From: a virus
IMG/VR virus record: IMGVR_UViG_3300034283_002790
Coordinates: 1 to 64,000 of that record
DNA length: 64,000 nucleotides
Strand: one strand, 5' to 3'
Below, piece by piece: positions 8,401 to 17,786 of the stretch; positions within the stretch are counted from its first letter, which is position 1; the number at the start of each line of letters is the position of its first letter. The notes under the pieces are model-generated. The model saw only the letters and a program-made list of their open reading frames with translations. It ran no database searches and was not told where the DNA came from. The translations under genes were made by a program, and so were the position numbers.

Positions 8401-10788
8401 AGAAGAACTACTTGGGGTGGGTGTTGGTGTAGTAGTTGGTGTTGGTAATGGAAAAGTAGAAGAAACCGTAGGTGTTGGTGTGGTAGTTGGTGTTGGTAAT
8501 GGAAAAGTAGATGAGGGAGTTTGAGTTGGTGTCACGGTGACTGTTGGAGTGATAGTTGCTGTAATCGTCGGTGTTGGTGTTGGTGACTGAGTATTGAATT
8601 GGAAGTCATTCGGTTCACAAACAAGTGGATTACAATCCGGACAATCCGGATTAAACATAGAAAATCTATCTTTTAAAATTTTAAAGTTATGTTTGATTTC
8701 AGGGGCTGTCAATGGAGAAACGTAAAATCTAAATTGTGATAGAGCACCATCAAAGGTACCCCCAAAATTTTGTTCTAAAACAATATTTGTATTTAAACCA
8801 GAAAGTGAGGTTCCACTCAAAACATTTTTTGGGAACAACTCAGGATCTTGTATATAATCCGTATATGGTAAAGTACAAGCGGATAATATTAAATTTTCAC
8901 GTAATCCCTGGGTTCCACCACCCCAAGACATATTAAATGGTACTCCAACTTGTCTTTCTTTATCAGTGTCAAGAGGCCGTGGAATAATCTCTTCAAAGTC
9001 CTCTACTGTAAAAAATATTTTTCCATTTACATATATTTTTAAAGAACCTTGTCTATAAACAACGTCATCTAACCATTTTTGATTAAGTTTTACAATTTCT
9101 ATTTCTTTTGGATCTAAACTACAGTGCGTAATTGGAGGTGAAATTAATTTTACAGTATCGTTTGCTAAAGAGTCCAAATATTTTATTTCTGTAATATCGC
9201 CTAGACCGCCAAAATATCTTAAGTCACATTTATCAAAAAATGTATATCTTCTCCACACAATATCTAACAACAACCATTTCGGTATATCAAAAAATTCACT
9301 ACACCTATCTAAACAGTAGTCGTATATACCCTTAGGTGAACAATAGTTATCGATTGTATGTCCAGTTGTATAAGTAAATCCTGTTGTCTCACAAGTCCCG
9401 GTTGTTTCGCAAGATCCAGTAATTCTCAAACTTCTAATGCAAATTTTAGGGTTTTTTGGATCACCAGAAAATCTTACTGATAATGCGTTAGATAGTGCGT
9501 CTAATTTTGGATCTTTTTCGCAAGTATCTTCGATAGAAGTCCACCCACTCATTGAACATGGGTGACAATCCTCACATTCACAATCATTACAAGTTGTACA
9601 TGTTGGTGTACAGACTGGTTCTGGTATACAATAAATTGGACTCGAGGTGGGAGTTGGTGTCGGTGTGGGTGTTGGTTCACAAGGTGGACATATCAAAGGT
9701 ACAACAGGTAATGGTGTTGGTGTATATCCAGTTGTAAAATAACAAGGATGAGATTTACATTCCCAACCACACTTATCGCAAGGTAATTCATTACACCCAC
9801 AACCACAACTTGTTATTTGTTGTCCACAAACATGACACCCATAGTTTACATGCGGATCATGAATTCCGTCTTGGGATCTTGGTGGATAAACAAAAATACA
9901 TCGACTGTTTGTAACCCCTGTGTTACAACAAGCACAAGTTACCCAACAATCTCTCAGCGGTGTTGTCACTCTTGTATATCCAGTAAAACAATTCGGTGTA
10001 CCGTCAGCATGATGATAAAATTTGTTTTCAGCACGAGTCCCTAAATAAAATACAGTTCCCGCATTATCTGGATATAATTCATTTAGAGTAGTTTCATTTG
10101 GACCTGGAGTATATTGATCTATGAGTCGTGGTCTGACAACCATTTCTACAGCCCAACCTTTAGGTACTCTCTCAGGTAAAATTTCATAATCGTAACCAAA
10201 TAATTTATAAAATCCTTGATAAAACCCACCGTAAAGTTCATGATACTTTCCGACAGAAGGCTCAATCTTTCCCTCAACCTCATAAAGTGTTGTTTTTGTA
10301 ATTCCGGAAAACCTATTATACTGTGAAGTATAACCAGTTACCTGAAACATTTTCATTCTTCTATCAAAATATGTTCTTTGAAATTTCAATAGGTCGTCAA
10401 ACAAGCCATTTGTGTAGGTAATAGTTGGTCCAACAATTTTGTCAACCAACCCATTATCCATACCGACTAATCCTATGTCACAAATTGTTTGAGCGGTAAA
10501 ACATGACAAATCTAAATTTTCTTCATTATAGTATGTTTCTGATACAAGAAGATTTCTGTTGTCATAATTTTTATATGTCAGATTTAATTCTTGTGTTGTT
10601 TCTAAATTATTGATATCATAATATACCGGTAATCTATTCCCATATCCTTGAGCAATCAAATATGGTGAAAAAACTACTTCTTCATTATAATCTTTCTCAT
10701 CAGATGTCAAAGACATATCTGAAATCTCATGAGCAAAGTTGAGTTTTAACTTATTATATACGTATTGATTAATGTTTTGTTGAGCCAT
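5464..10788 (-). CDS. Large virion or adhesion protein, 1774 aa: LamG/ConA-like region with Cys-rich inserts, TP repeats, VWA domain, C-terminal beta-rich region
   Basis: VWA MIDAS-like motif DVVFVVDYTGSM, plus GGPEP and IIILITDNEP. LamG-like elements LKIYVNG and FDGALSQFRFYVSPLTAPEIKHNF. Many CxxC and CxC clusters. Confidence 0.75.
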   Translation of the reverse strand: MAQQNINQYVYNKLKLNFAHEISDMSLTSDEKDYNEEVVFSPYLIAQGYGNRLPVYYDINNLETTQELNLTYKNYDNRNLLVSETYYNEENLDLSCFTAQTICDIGLVGMDNGLVDKIVGPTITYTNGLFDDLLKFQRTYFDRRMKMFQVTGYTSQYNRFSGITKTTLYEVEGKIEPSVGKYHELYGGFYQGFYKLFGYDYEILPERVPKGWAVEMVVRPRLIDQYTPGPNETTLNELYPDNAGTVFYLGTRAENKFYHHADGTPNCFTGYTRVTTPLRDCWVTCACCNTGVTNSRCIFVYPPRSQDGIHDPHVNYGCHVCGQQITSCGCGCNELPCDKCGWECKSHPCYFTTGYTPTPLPVVPLICPPCEPTPTPTPTPTSSPIYCIPEPVCTPTCTTCNDCECEDCHPCSMSGWTSIEDTCEKDPKLDALSNALSVRFSGDPKNPKICIRSLRITGSCETTGTCETTGFTYTTGHTIDNYCSPKGIYDYCLDRCSEFFDIPKWLLLDIVWRRYTFFDKCDLRYFGGLGDITEIKYLDSLANDTVKLISPPITHCSLDPKEIEIVKLNQKWLDDVVYRQGSLKIYVNGKIFFTVEDFEEIIPRPLDTDKERQVGVPFNMSWGGGTQGLRENLILSACTLPYTDYIQDPELFPKNVLSGTSLSGLNTNIVLEQNFGGTFDGALSQFRFYVSPLTAPEIKHNFKILKDRFSMFNPDCPDCNPLVCEPNDFQFNTQSPTPTPTITATITPTVTVTPTQTPSSTFPLPTPTTTPTPTVSSTFPLPTPTTTPTPTPSSSSLPLPEVDCEDGMDVVFVVDYTGSMGPAINAIKTNIATIVNNIITNSNNNYRLGLVIFDETDDFPNYLTYVSSVEYTSLPASQKYVYQNIGPNRAQVITAMEVMTPNNQSSFSVQLNKLNNPLFGFFLGNGIGGPEPSDVAIDRIINFGIAGSFLPTHKKIIILITDNEPSGNNDNYILGLDDLVIQQLTSNCISQNITMNLIIPPASTFASSTYPAGITALINMSIATGGSVVSTPFDNTFNASGIVTALDENCVTTMNLCTDPCNLGLSGYNLNTVGQLTCGNLTGTCGNIQAYTIFWYDSSGNIALKSGFGTPFPFVGPYNYNHPMTGLNSPMLPPGLYTPVLQAVTIAGTTYTPTGISGTTQAMMDCFTSQEVNIQSFNCTNGTLTGAYEHRVQYSTFPGSAVPPGSMYAHFDIDPSKKYIPYAFQGQLVPDTLKITFIGSNYGNVPIVVEYIQVGGVMQCPNSVIPNLNQNIDYRVTSLPKKYVFTTTFQASNNYFMKVINLSNFVINNGDYLIIEVIPNQTQNQTSWDLYFTCLERFECDSCIQQFYSYPYGQEIILSTLTSNPSFTCNLLDVDFTVTGCSANILANEDIFKYFHPEFPGLSNPYLNASNQGGPECPCSAGDNSRMDTLTPTLYSPISPLGPLGGNCTTVNTGVTTTCTSNIPNTVNVTKVNNVITITCSSQTDRDAFYNSYLSRMTNIGWLPTAPLPTSVDYYKVIIFDHYQPLNINSNCADNQFTLKSWSFHPSSSVTTTNTPGNFQMIINMNLITNNYGGNDPLCSACSGTVTTFIANNVNPSYYADINYSSISNTALRSIDPFVRVRGIVRTVGNMSYRNSTGTWIVPWYSNITYPYSGNPLTIIPSLSATTCDWLGSDGFFVDCDGNAWPPTIGCMASAWVPRKAVSTSPTYLFPLCPGPDGQNPEKIFQGSYTEYLIRRTDVNDPRSFDIEVGINGTVIYRQVGANPPIILDPNYFV

Positions 10789-10833
10789 TTTTGTATAAAT
10801 ACCTCCATCGCAATATTTATCAAAAAAATAGAT

Positions 10834-11958
10834 ATGTTAGTTTTTAATAAAAATATTCTTAAAGGATCTTACTTTTTTCATTTAAAGGAGCAGAACAATA
10901 AACTTATGCTACACTTTAATAACCTGAGAGTTTTAAATGAAAATAATACAAATTTAATTACATTTATTTTTTCTAAAGATAAACTAAGCAATGTGAGTCA
11001 TCTAATTGAAAATCTTGTTAATGAAAAAAAAGATTTGAAAGGTAAAGATTTAGAAAATGAATTTGTAAAAATTGATCAGGGTCTTGACCAAAAAGAAATC
11101 CGAGACCTTACACAAAAGTTAAAATCAATTTTTACAAAATTTAAAGAAAATAAAGAATTTCAACTTGATTCTAAGGACAAAAAAAGTATAGAAAAAAAAT
11201 CCCCGAAATTATTGGAAGTAATTCCCATGATATTAAAAAAAATAATTTCATCTAAAGTTGATCTTAAAAGATTTGTAAGATTCTTAGGTAAGGAAATAAC
11301 CGTTAAATTACCTAAGGAAGTTCCATCTGGTGAAATCGATGAATTGGTAAATGATGATGGTACTTTTATAAATTCTAGTGTTCCTTTATTAAATCTTTGG
11401 TTACATCCAAGATATACTCAAGATATGACGGTTGCTATGACAAGACAAACTACAAATCCAATAGTTCGTGGTTATAGAGTTTACTATGGTGAATCAAAAA
11501 ATTTAGAAAAGTCATTAATCAAAGAAGTGGATTATACCGGAAGTTATGCTTGGGAAGATGTCCAAGATGCCAAAACTTATAAGGAAGCCGATAAAATTTT
11601 ACAAAAACGTAATGGGATTAAAAATGAAAAAAATAGAGAGGAAAGATTAGATATTTTTGGATTTGATCCTGAATTAGATGCTGAATTAGAGGATGAAAAA
11701 AGACACGGTTTTTGTAAAAAATGTTTTACCAAAAGAAGACTGTCTGAGTTAGAAAAAAATAAAATGGAAAGTATAATTGATGAAATATTGTTAGATAAAA
11801 AAAAATCTAACAAAGATGTAATTAAGAAAAATACAGAATCTTCGTCAAATCCAGTAGAAAAAATTTTAGTAAAAAATTTAGAGTCAATAAAAAAATTGGC
11901 AGATAAAGAAGATTTGGATTTCAATTCACTTTTAAAAAAAATAAAAACTGATGAATAG
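10834..11958 (+). CDS. Hypothetical protein, about 374 aa (possibly head-associated)
   Basis: Long ORF. ATG at 10834 chosen because TATTTAT lies at 10814-10820 and the track's start overlaps the divergent gene. Confidence 0.7.
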   Translation: MLVFNKNILKGSYFFHLKEQNNKLMLHFNNLRVLNENNTNLITFIFSKDKLSNVSHLIENLVNEKKDLKGKDLENEFVKIDQGLDQKEIRDLTQKLKSIFTKFKENKEFQLDSKDKKSIEKKSPKLLEVIPMILKKIISSKVDLKRFVRFLGKEITVKLPKEVPSGEIDELVNDDGTFINSSVPLLNLWLHPRYTQDMTVAMTRQTTNPIVRGYRVYYGESKNLEKSLIKEVDYTGSYAWEDVQDAKTYKEADKILQKRNGIKNEKNREERLDIFGFDPELDAELEDEKRHGFCKKCFTKRRLSELEKNKMESIIDEILLDKKKSNKDVIKKNTESSSNPVEKILVKNLESIKKLADKEDLDFNSLLKKIKTDE

Positions 11959-12421
11959 TGAGTTATATGGTCAAGAAATTGTAATTCCAGATGAAGTAAT
12001 AAATCATCTTACCGTTTGTTTTGAAAATGTACCAAGTTCAAATTCGAACACAGAAGGACATAATAGAAATCAGGAATTACGAGATACTGGATATGTGACA
12101 TATCAACAACTTGGAAGAATGAAAAATTGGTTTGATTCTTTTGATGGAAAAAAAGAGGATGCTCCCTATGTCTTGAATGGTGGAGACTATATGTATAATT
12201 GGATAAATAATACATTACAAAGTCTTAGAAACGGGTCCAATCTTCAAACAAAAATAGATAAAGAGTATCGTCCTGAAGATGTAAGTGACGAACTCATAAC
12301 CGACATGGGATGGTTATCAAATATGAATAGACCCTCCAAAGAACACAGTAGTGAAATTGATGATTTGAAAATTACAGAAAGTGTAAAAAGAATAAACCAA
12401 ATAATTAAAAAAATAATATAA
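11951..12421 (+). CDS. Hypothetical protein, 156 aa
   Basis: Start overlaps the upstream stop. Typical composition; no recognised motif. Confidence 0.7.
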   Translation: MNSELYGQEIVIPDEVINHLTVCFENVPSSNSNTEGHNRNQELRDTGYVTYQQLGRMKNWFDSFDGKKEDAPYVLNGGDYMYNWINNTLQSLRNGSNLQTKIDKEYRPEDVSDELITDMGWLSNMNRPSKEHSSEIDDLKITESVKRINQIIKKII

Positions 12422-12422
12422 A

Positions 12423-12710
12423 ATGGCAACTTCAGAAAGATTGGATTTTAGTCAACCTCTAAATGATCTTGGTATTATTGGTCAGGACCAAAGAAAAAAG
12501 TTAATCCCAAAAAATGACTATAAAGAAACTAATCAGTATTCAGCAACTAACAAAGATGCAATTAGTGATGGTGATGATTTTGGTAAAGGTACTGGTGTTT
12601 TTTTAGACACAGTAAATGGTGGTTCTCAACTTGATATCATTGAAAGAAAAAATGAAATCAAAATAAACGAATATCAACCAAACAAACCATATACAACCCC
12701 TTCGGCTTAA
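12423..12710 (+). CDS. Hypothetical protein, 95 aa
   Basis: Tightly packed in the operon (1-nt gaps on both sides). Confidence 0.65.
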   Translation: MATSERLDFSQPLNDLGIIGQDQRKKLIPKNDYKETNQYSATNKDAISDGDDFGKGTGVFLDTVNGGSQLDIIERKNEIKINEYQPNKPYTTPSA

Positions 12711-12711
12711 A

Positions 12712-13095
12712 ATGAAACTTTACAAAAATTTAAAAGGTCTTATTCTTGAAATAGCATCCTCAAGTACAATTGTAGATGCAATTAAAAAAAGAAGAAGAGT
12801 TATAATTTATTATGAGGGTGACGAACCAGGAGGAAATGGTCTTAGAATTATTGAACCGGTTTGTTATGGGTATAGCAAAACTGGAAATCCAGTTTTGAGA
12901 GCATGGGATTTAGAGGGTGCTTCTCATAGAGCATACCTAGGTGAAAAACCACTTCCTAGTTGGAGGTTATTTAGATTGGATAGAATACAATTTATAAGAC
13001 CAACAACTGAGTTTTTTGACTCACCTCAACCAAATTATAATCCTTTGGGTGACAAAAGTATGTCAAGGGTAATAATAAACGCAAAATTTGAATAA
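12712..13095 (+). CDS. Standalone WYL-domain protein, 127 aa
   Basis: AIKKRRRVIIYY...RIIEPVCYG...LRAW...WRLFRLDRI matches the WYL pattern. Confidence 0.8.
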   Translation: MKLYKNLKGLILEIASSSTIVDAIKKRRRVIIYYEGDEPGGNGLRIIEPVCYGYSKTGNPVLRAWDLEGASHRAYLGEKPLPSWRLFRLDRIQFIRPTTEFFDSPQPNYNPLGDKSMSRVIINAKFE

Positions 13096-13096
13096 T

Positions 13097-13678
13097 ATGA
13101 GTGCTGAAGATGATTTGATAAAAAAACTGATGATATCAAAACAAATCATGCAAAAACATGATACCATGGGTAGAACAAAAGGAAATGATGTCACAACACC
13201 CATGGTTGAGGAATTTACTCCAGTTGCTGGTCAATACAATATTCCCCAAGAACTAATGATGGAATCTAAACCATCGACGAATTATAATACAGAAATTCCA
13301 TCTGAGGATAGAATTAAAAATTCAAAACTTCCTGACGAAATAAAAAGACTGATGTTGGAACACCCAATTGAGAAACCAAATGTTGGATCTGGAACAGTTT
13401 TATCAAATGATCTAGTTGAAAAAGCATCTCGTTTAATGAATACTGACGCATCAGGTAAACAAATTAAACCTAATCAACCTTCACCAAAATCACCAATAAC
13501 TGAATCTGTTAATATCAATAACATACGTGGGTTACTTAAGGAAGTCGTTGAAGAGGTTTTAAATGAAAATGGATTAATTGTTGAATCTGAAACAAATTCT
13601 AATGAAATTTTTAAATTTAGAGTGGGTCAACATATATTCGAGGGAAAATTGACAAAAATTAAAAAACTAAAAGATTAA
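13097..13678 (+). CDS. Hypothetical protein, about 193 aa
   Basis: ORF directly after WYL. ATG at 13097 preferred over TTG at 13088. Confidence 0.7.
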   Translation: MSAEDDLIKKLMISKQIMQKHDTMGRTKGNDVTTPMVEEFTPVAGQYNIPQELMMESKPSTNYNTEIPSEDRIKNSKLPDEIKRLMLEHPIEKPNVGSGTVLSNDLVEKASRLMNTDASGKQIKPNQPSPKSPITESVNINNIRGLLKEVVEEVLNENGLIVESETNSNEIFKFRVGQHIFEGKLTKIKKLKD

Positions 13679-13687
13679 AGAAATAAG

Positions 13688-13716
13688 TTGATTTGTTTGT
13701 AAAAAAGTTTTATACT
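13688..13716 (+). promoter_or_regulatory. sigma70-type promoter for the glycan/nucleotide cluster
   Basis: TTGATT (13688-93), 17 nt, TATACT (13711-16), 20 nt before the ATG at 13737. Confidence 0.65.
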
Positions 13717-13736
13717 TAACTCAAACAATTTATTTT

Positions 13737-14951
13737 ATGTCAAACAAAATTAATGTATTAGTACTTCCCAGTGACAAATCCGGAGTTGGCAAGTTTCGAT
13801 CAGTCGATCCCCATATTCATTTACAAAATTTATACCCAAACGATTTTCATATCGATATTGATTATGAACCCAAAATTAACGACTTTAATTTTTGGAAAAA
13901 ATATCAGATAGTTCATGCCCATAGAAATATTGGGCAAAGTTACGAAAATACTCCACACTTAATTAGAATGTTAAGACAAAATGGAATCATTGTAATCATT
14001 GATATTGATGATTATTGGTTACCAACGAAAGAACATCCAATTCATCAACTTATTGTTACAAACAAGATTCATGAAAAAATTATTGCAAATATAAAAGAAG
14101 CGAGTTATGTCACAACAACAACCGAATTGTTTGCATCTGAAATCAAAAAGTTTAACCCAAATGTTGTAGTTTTTCCAAATGCTGTTGATCCCAACGACCC
14201 ACAATTCAATGAGCCAACACAACCGTCAGAAAAAATTAGAGTTGGTTGGTTAGGTGGATCTTCTCACTTACATGATTTAAAACTTATGGACGGTTTTGTT
14301 AATAAACTTAAACCAATTCAGAATAAACTACAATATTATCTTTGTGGGTTTGATGTAAGGGGAGTTGTAACTGAAATTAATCAAGAAACTGGTGAACAAA
14401 AACAAAGACCCATTCGACCTGATGAAACTGTTTGGGCAAGATATGAAGAATTATTCACAGATAACTACAAAATCATTTCTGAAGATTATAAAAGTTTTTT
14501 GATGAAGTTTGAAGAAAAAGAGTTCTTAGAATCTCAAAACGAAAATTATGTAAGAGTATGGACAAGACCAGTAAACTCTTATGCAAAAAATTATTCTAAG
14601 TTTGATATCTCGTTGGCACCGATCAAAAACCACATGTTTAATAGAATGAAATCTCAATTAAAAGTTATTGAGGCTGGTTTTTATAAAAAAGCATTGATTG
14701 CGTCCCAAGTAGGACCTTACACTTTAGATCTTAAACACGCTTTAAATCAAGGTCAATTTACAAATGGAAACGCCCTTTTGGTTTCAGAAAATAATAACCA
14801 TAGTGATTGGGCCAAAAACATTAAAAAATTAGTTGATAACCCGAACATGATCGAAGACTTGGGTAATCAATTATATGAAACAGTGAAGGACAAATATAGT
14901 TTAGTTACTGTTTCGATCGAAAGAAGTCAATTTTACAAATCTATAATTTAA
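13737..14951 (+). CDS. Glycosyltransferase, GT-B fold (GT4-like), 404 aa
   Basis: IDIDDYW, PNAVD, RVGWLGGSSH, and FDISLAP...NRMKSQLKVIEAG...ALIASQVGPY. Confidence 0.8.
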   Translation: MSNKINVLVLPSDKSGVGKFRSVDPHIHLQNLYPNDFHIDIDYEPKINDFNFWKKYQIVHAHRNIGQSYENTPHLIRMLRQNGIIVIIDIDDYWLPTKEHPIHQLIVTNKIHEKIIANIKEASYVTTTTELFASEIKKFNPNVVVFPNAVDPNDPQFNEPTQPSEKIRVGWLGGSSHLHDLKLMDGFVNKLKPIQNKLQYYLCGFDVRGVVTEINQETGEQKQRPIRPDETVWARYEELFTDNYKIISEDYKSFLMKFEEKEFLESQNENYVRVWTRPVNSYAKNYSKFDISLAPIKNHMFNRMKSQLKVIEAGFYKKALIASQVGPYTLDLKHALNQGQFTNGNALLVSENNNHSDWAKNIKKLVDNPNMIEDLGNQLYETVKDKYSLVTVSIERSQFYKSII

Positions 14952-14957
14952 TACTTT

Positions 14958-15677
14958 ATGATTACTATTCCTATAACTAAAATTTTATTCCTTGACATTG
15001 AAACTGTTGGTATTACAAAAGATTTTGATACTTGTAAAGAAAGTTTCCCTAAACTTTCGAATCAGTTTGAAAATTATTATGATTGGTTCTTAAAGAGGTT
15101 TCCTGAAGATCAACTTGAGGGTAAGTCATTAGAAGAACAAAAAAACCATGTTTTTTCTACAAGGACTGCACTTGTTCCGGAGTTTGCAAAAATAATTTGT
15201 GTTTCCATGGCATTTGTTACTGATAAAGGTGAAATTAAACAACAAACTTTTGCAAATGATAATGAACTTATCCTATTAGAAGATGTCCAAAAACTCTTGG
15301 AAAGATGTGGTAAATTAGATTTTTATATGTGTGGACATAATTTGAAAAACTTTGACATACCAATGTTAGCAAAGAGGATGATCATAAATGGTTTGAAACC
15401 ACCATCAATTCTTCCTTCATTTGACACTAAACCATGGGAAGTTAAAGCCTTGGATACAAAAGAGATTTGGCAATATGGTGCTTACACCTCCATTGGTTCC
15501 CTGGATTTAATGTGTACATGTTTAGACATACCTACTTCTAAAGATGGTGAAATTTCTGGTGATCAAGTCCACTCGGCATATTGGAATGATAATAAGTTGA
15601 CTGAAATATCAAAATATTGTGAACGAGATGTTGATGTATTGATTCAAACAATTAAAATTTTAAAAGAACTACGTTGA
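14958..15677 (+). CDS. DnaQ-like / PolB-type 3'-5' exonuclease, 239 aa
   Basis: Exo I FLDIET, Exo II GHNLKNFDIPML, Exo III YCERDV. Confidence 0.85.
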   Translation: MITIPITKILFLDIETVGITKDFDTCKESFPKLSNQFENYYDWFLKRFPEDQLEGKSLEEQKNHVFSTRTALVPEFAKIICVSMAFVTDKGEIKQQTFANDNELILLEDVQKLLERCGKLDFYMCGHNLKNFDIPMLAKRMIINGLKPPSILPSFDTKPWEVKALDTKEIWQYGAYTSIGSLDLMCTCLDIPTSKDGEISGDQVHSAYWNDNKLTEISKYCERDVDVLIQTIKILKELR

Positions 15678-16267
15678 TGGATGAAAAAACAAAAGAATTA
15701 CTAAACCAAGTAAAACATATTGAAGAAATTTTTGGTAAAGATTTTCAGGGATCTGAAAGTGAAATTATAAATAAATTTGGTTTGTTTATCGAAGGTTTAG
15801 AAAGCGATGTAAAAAAAAATAATCCAACATTGGATTTAGAGTTTGTTCGAATTGATGGAGAAGCAATTACTCCAACATACGCATACCCAAGTGATTCTGG
15901 TATGGACTTGTTCTCAACTCATGAAGAAGAAATCCAACCCTTGGAAAGAAAACTAATTGGTACTGGATTGAAATTTAATATCCCTCAAAATTATGAGATC
16001 CAAATAAGGTCTAAAAGTGGATTGGCACTCAAACAGGGATTAATGGTGTTAAATTCACCTGGAACTGTAGATCAAGGATATTTAGGGGAAATCAAAGTGA
16101 TATTATTTAACACCTCAAATCAAGTTGTTAAAATACAAAAAGGACAAAAAATTGCTCAAGCGGTCTTGACTCCAGTTGTTTCGGGTAAATGGGTAACACT
16201 CAAAGAAGTGGCATCTTTAGAAGAAAAAGATAGATCTGATAATGGTTTTGGTAGCACAGGCATATGA
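15677..16267 (+). CDS. dut: Trimeric dUTPase with an N-terminal extension
   Basis: SDSGMDL, RSKSGLA, NSPGTVDQGYLGEI, KIAQ, and DRSDNGFGSTG motifs. Confidence 0.93.
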   Translation: MDEKTKELLNQVKHIEEIFGKDFQGSESEIINKFGLFIEGLESDVKKNNPTLDLEFVRIDGEAITPTYAYPSDSGMDLFSTHEEEIQPLERKLIGTGLKFNIPQNYEIQIRSKSGLALKQGLMVLNSPGTVDQGYLGEIKVILFNTSNQVVKIQKGQKIAQAVLTPVVSGKWVTLKEVASLEEKDRSDNGFGSTGI

Positions 16268-17775
16268 TCAGTATTATTTACTCAACACACAAAGACTCTG
16301 AGTACAATAACAAATTTAAACAACACTTATTACACACGGTTGGTGTTAAGGATGTTCAAATTTTAGAATATGTCAATCATAATCAATATTCCTTATCAGA
16401 AGTTTATAATAGTGGAATAACTGAATCTATTTATGACATTGTTGTGTGTTGTCATAATGACATTAAATTAGAAAAAAATTGGGGAAAAAAACTTTTAAGT
16501 GACTTTTCTAATAATCTGGAATTTGGTATAATTGGAAAAGCCGGATCATGTTATTTTCCCAAGTCCGGGGTTTATTGGGAAAAAATGAACCTAACAATGG
16601 TTGGTCAAGTATATCATCATCCACCAGGTCAAAACAAATGGTTAAGTAAATATTGTCCAAAATTTCCATTTTTAATCCCCGTAGTTACAATTGATGGGTT
16701 ATTTATTAGTTTTGATAAAACTAAAATTAAACATAATTTTGATGAGACAATTGGTAAGTTTCATTTCTATGATCATTTATTCTGTATCCCAAATTATATG
16801 GACGGAGTTAAAATTGGTGTGTCCTCTTCATTTGAGATTACACATGAATCTGTTGGTCAACCAAATCAAGAATTTTGGGAAAGCAAAGAAAAGTTTCTTG
16901 AAAAATGGAAACATGTTTTACCAATTGATTTAAAGCCTTCACACCCATATCTCAATGAAAATAATAAGTCAAAACAAATAAAAAACCAACCCAAAGTTGC
17001 CGTTATTATACCAACTAAAAATAATATAAATTTATTAATAAATTGTTTGAATTCTTTTTTCAAAAATTGTGACCCAGATTATTTTGAAATTTTTATTGCA
17101 GATACAGGATCTTCTGATGACGAATTAAATGAAATAAAAAAGTATATCCAAAAAGAAAATAATATAAATTTGTTATTATATGATTATTATAATTTCTCTA
17201 AAATTAACAATGATGTTGTTAAAAATCATTTATCTGATAAATTTGAGTATTTATTGTTCTGTAACAATGACATAGTTTTATTGACTGATGTAATTTACAA
17301 TTTGATTACTATTTTTAAAAACCATAAAAATGTTGGAACTGTTGGTTGTAGACTTCACTATGAGGATAATACCTTACAACATCAGGGGATAACAATTTTT
17401 TTGAAACAAAATGTTAAACAAATATCTGTTGATCATTTTGGAAAAAATAGTTATTACAATTTTGATACGACAACTAAACATGTTTTGGGTAATACTGCCG
17501 CATTAATGATGATTAGAAAAAACACATTTGAAAAAATTGGAGGTTTTGATGAATCATTAAGACATTGTTTCGAAGACGTTTTATTAAATTTAAAGTTGAC
17601 GGTTTCAGGTTATAGTAATTATTATTCTCCTGACTCTGTTGCTTACCACCTTGAGTCTGCCTCAAGAGATATAAAAACAACAAATAATGAAATGATTCAA
17701 GATTACAATAATATATTGGTTCCATATATTAAAAATAATTTTGAAAAACTTAAAAAATTTGTATTAATTAATTAA
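16264..17775 (+). CDS. Two-domain glycosyltransferase (GT-A-like N domain plus GT2 C domain), 503 aa
   Basis: N domain: VCCHNDI, VTIDGLF, FHFYD. C domain: VAVIIPTKN, IADTGS, NFSKINN, LFCNNDI, GGFDE, FEDV. Confidence 0.85.
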   Translation: MISIIYSTHKDSEYNNKFKQHLLHTVGVKDVQILEYVNHNQYSLSEVYNSGITESIYDIVVCCHNDIKLEKNWGKKLLSDFSNNLEFGIIGKAGSCYFPKSGVYWEKMNLTMVGQVYHHPPGQNKWLSKYCPKFPFLIPVVTIDGLFISFDKTKIKHNFDETIGKFHFYDHLFCIPNYMDGVKIGVSSSFEITHESVGQPNQEFWESKEKFLEKWKHVLPIDLKPSHPYLNENNKSKQIKNQPKVAVIIPTKNNINLLINCLNSFFKNCDPDYFEIFIADTGSSDDELNEIKKYIQKENNINLLLYDYYNFSKINNDVVKNHLSDKFEYLLFCNNDIVLLTDVIYNLITIFKNHKNVGTVGCRLHYEDNTLQHQGITIFLKQNVKQISVDHFGKNSYYNFDTTTKHVLGNTAALMMIRKNTFEKIGGFDESLRHCFEDVLLNLKLTVSGYSNYYSPDSVAYHLESASRDIKTTNNEMIQDYNNILVPYIKNNFEKLKKFVLIN

Positions 17776-17786
17776 AAAAATATCGT

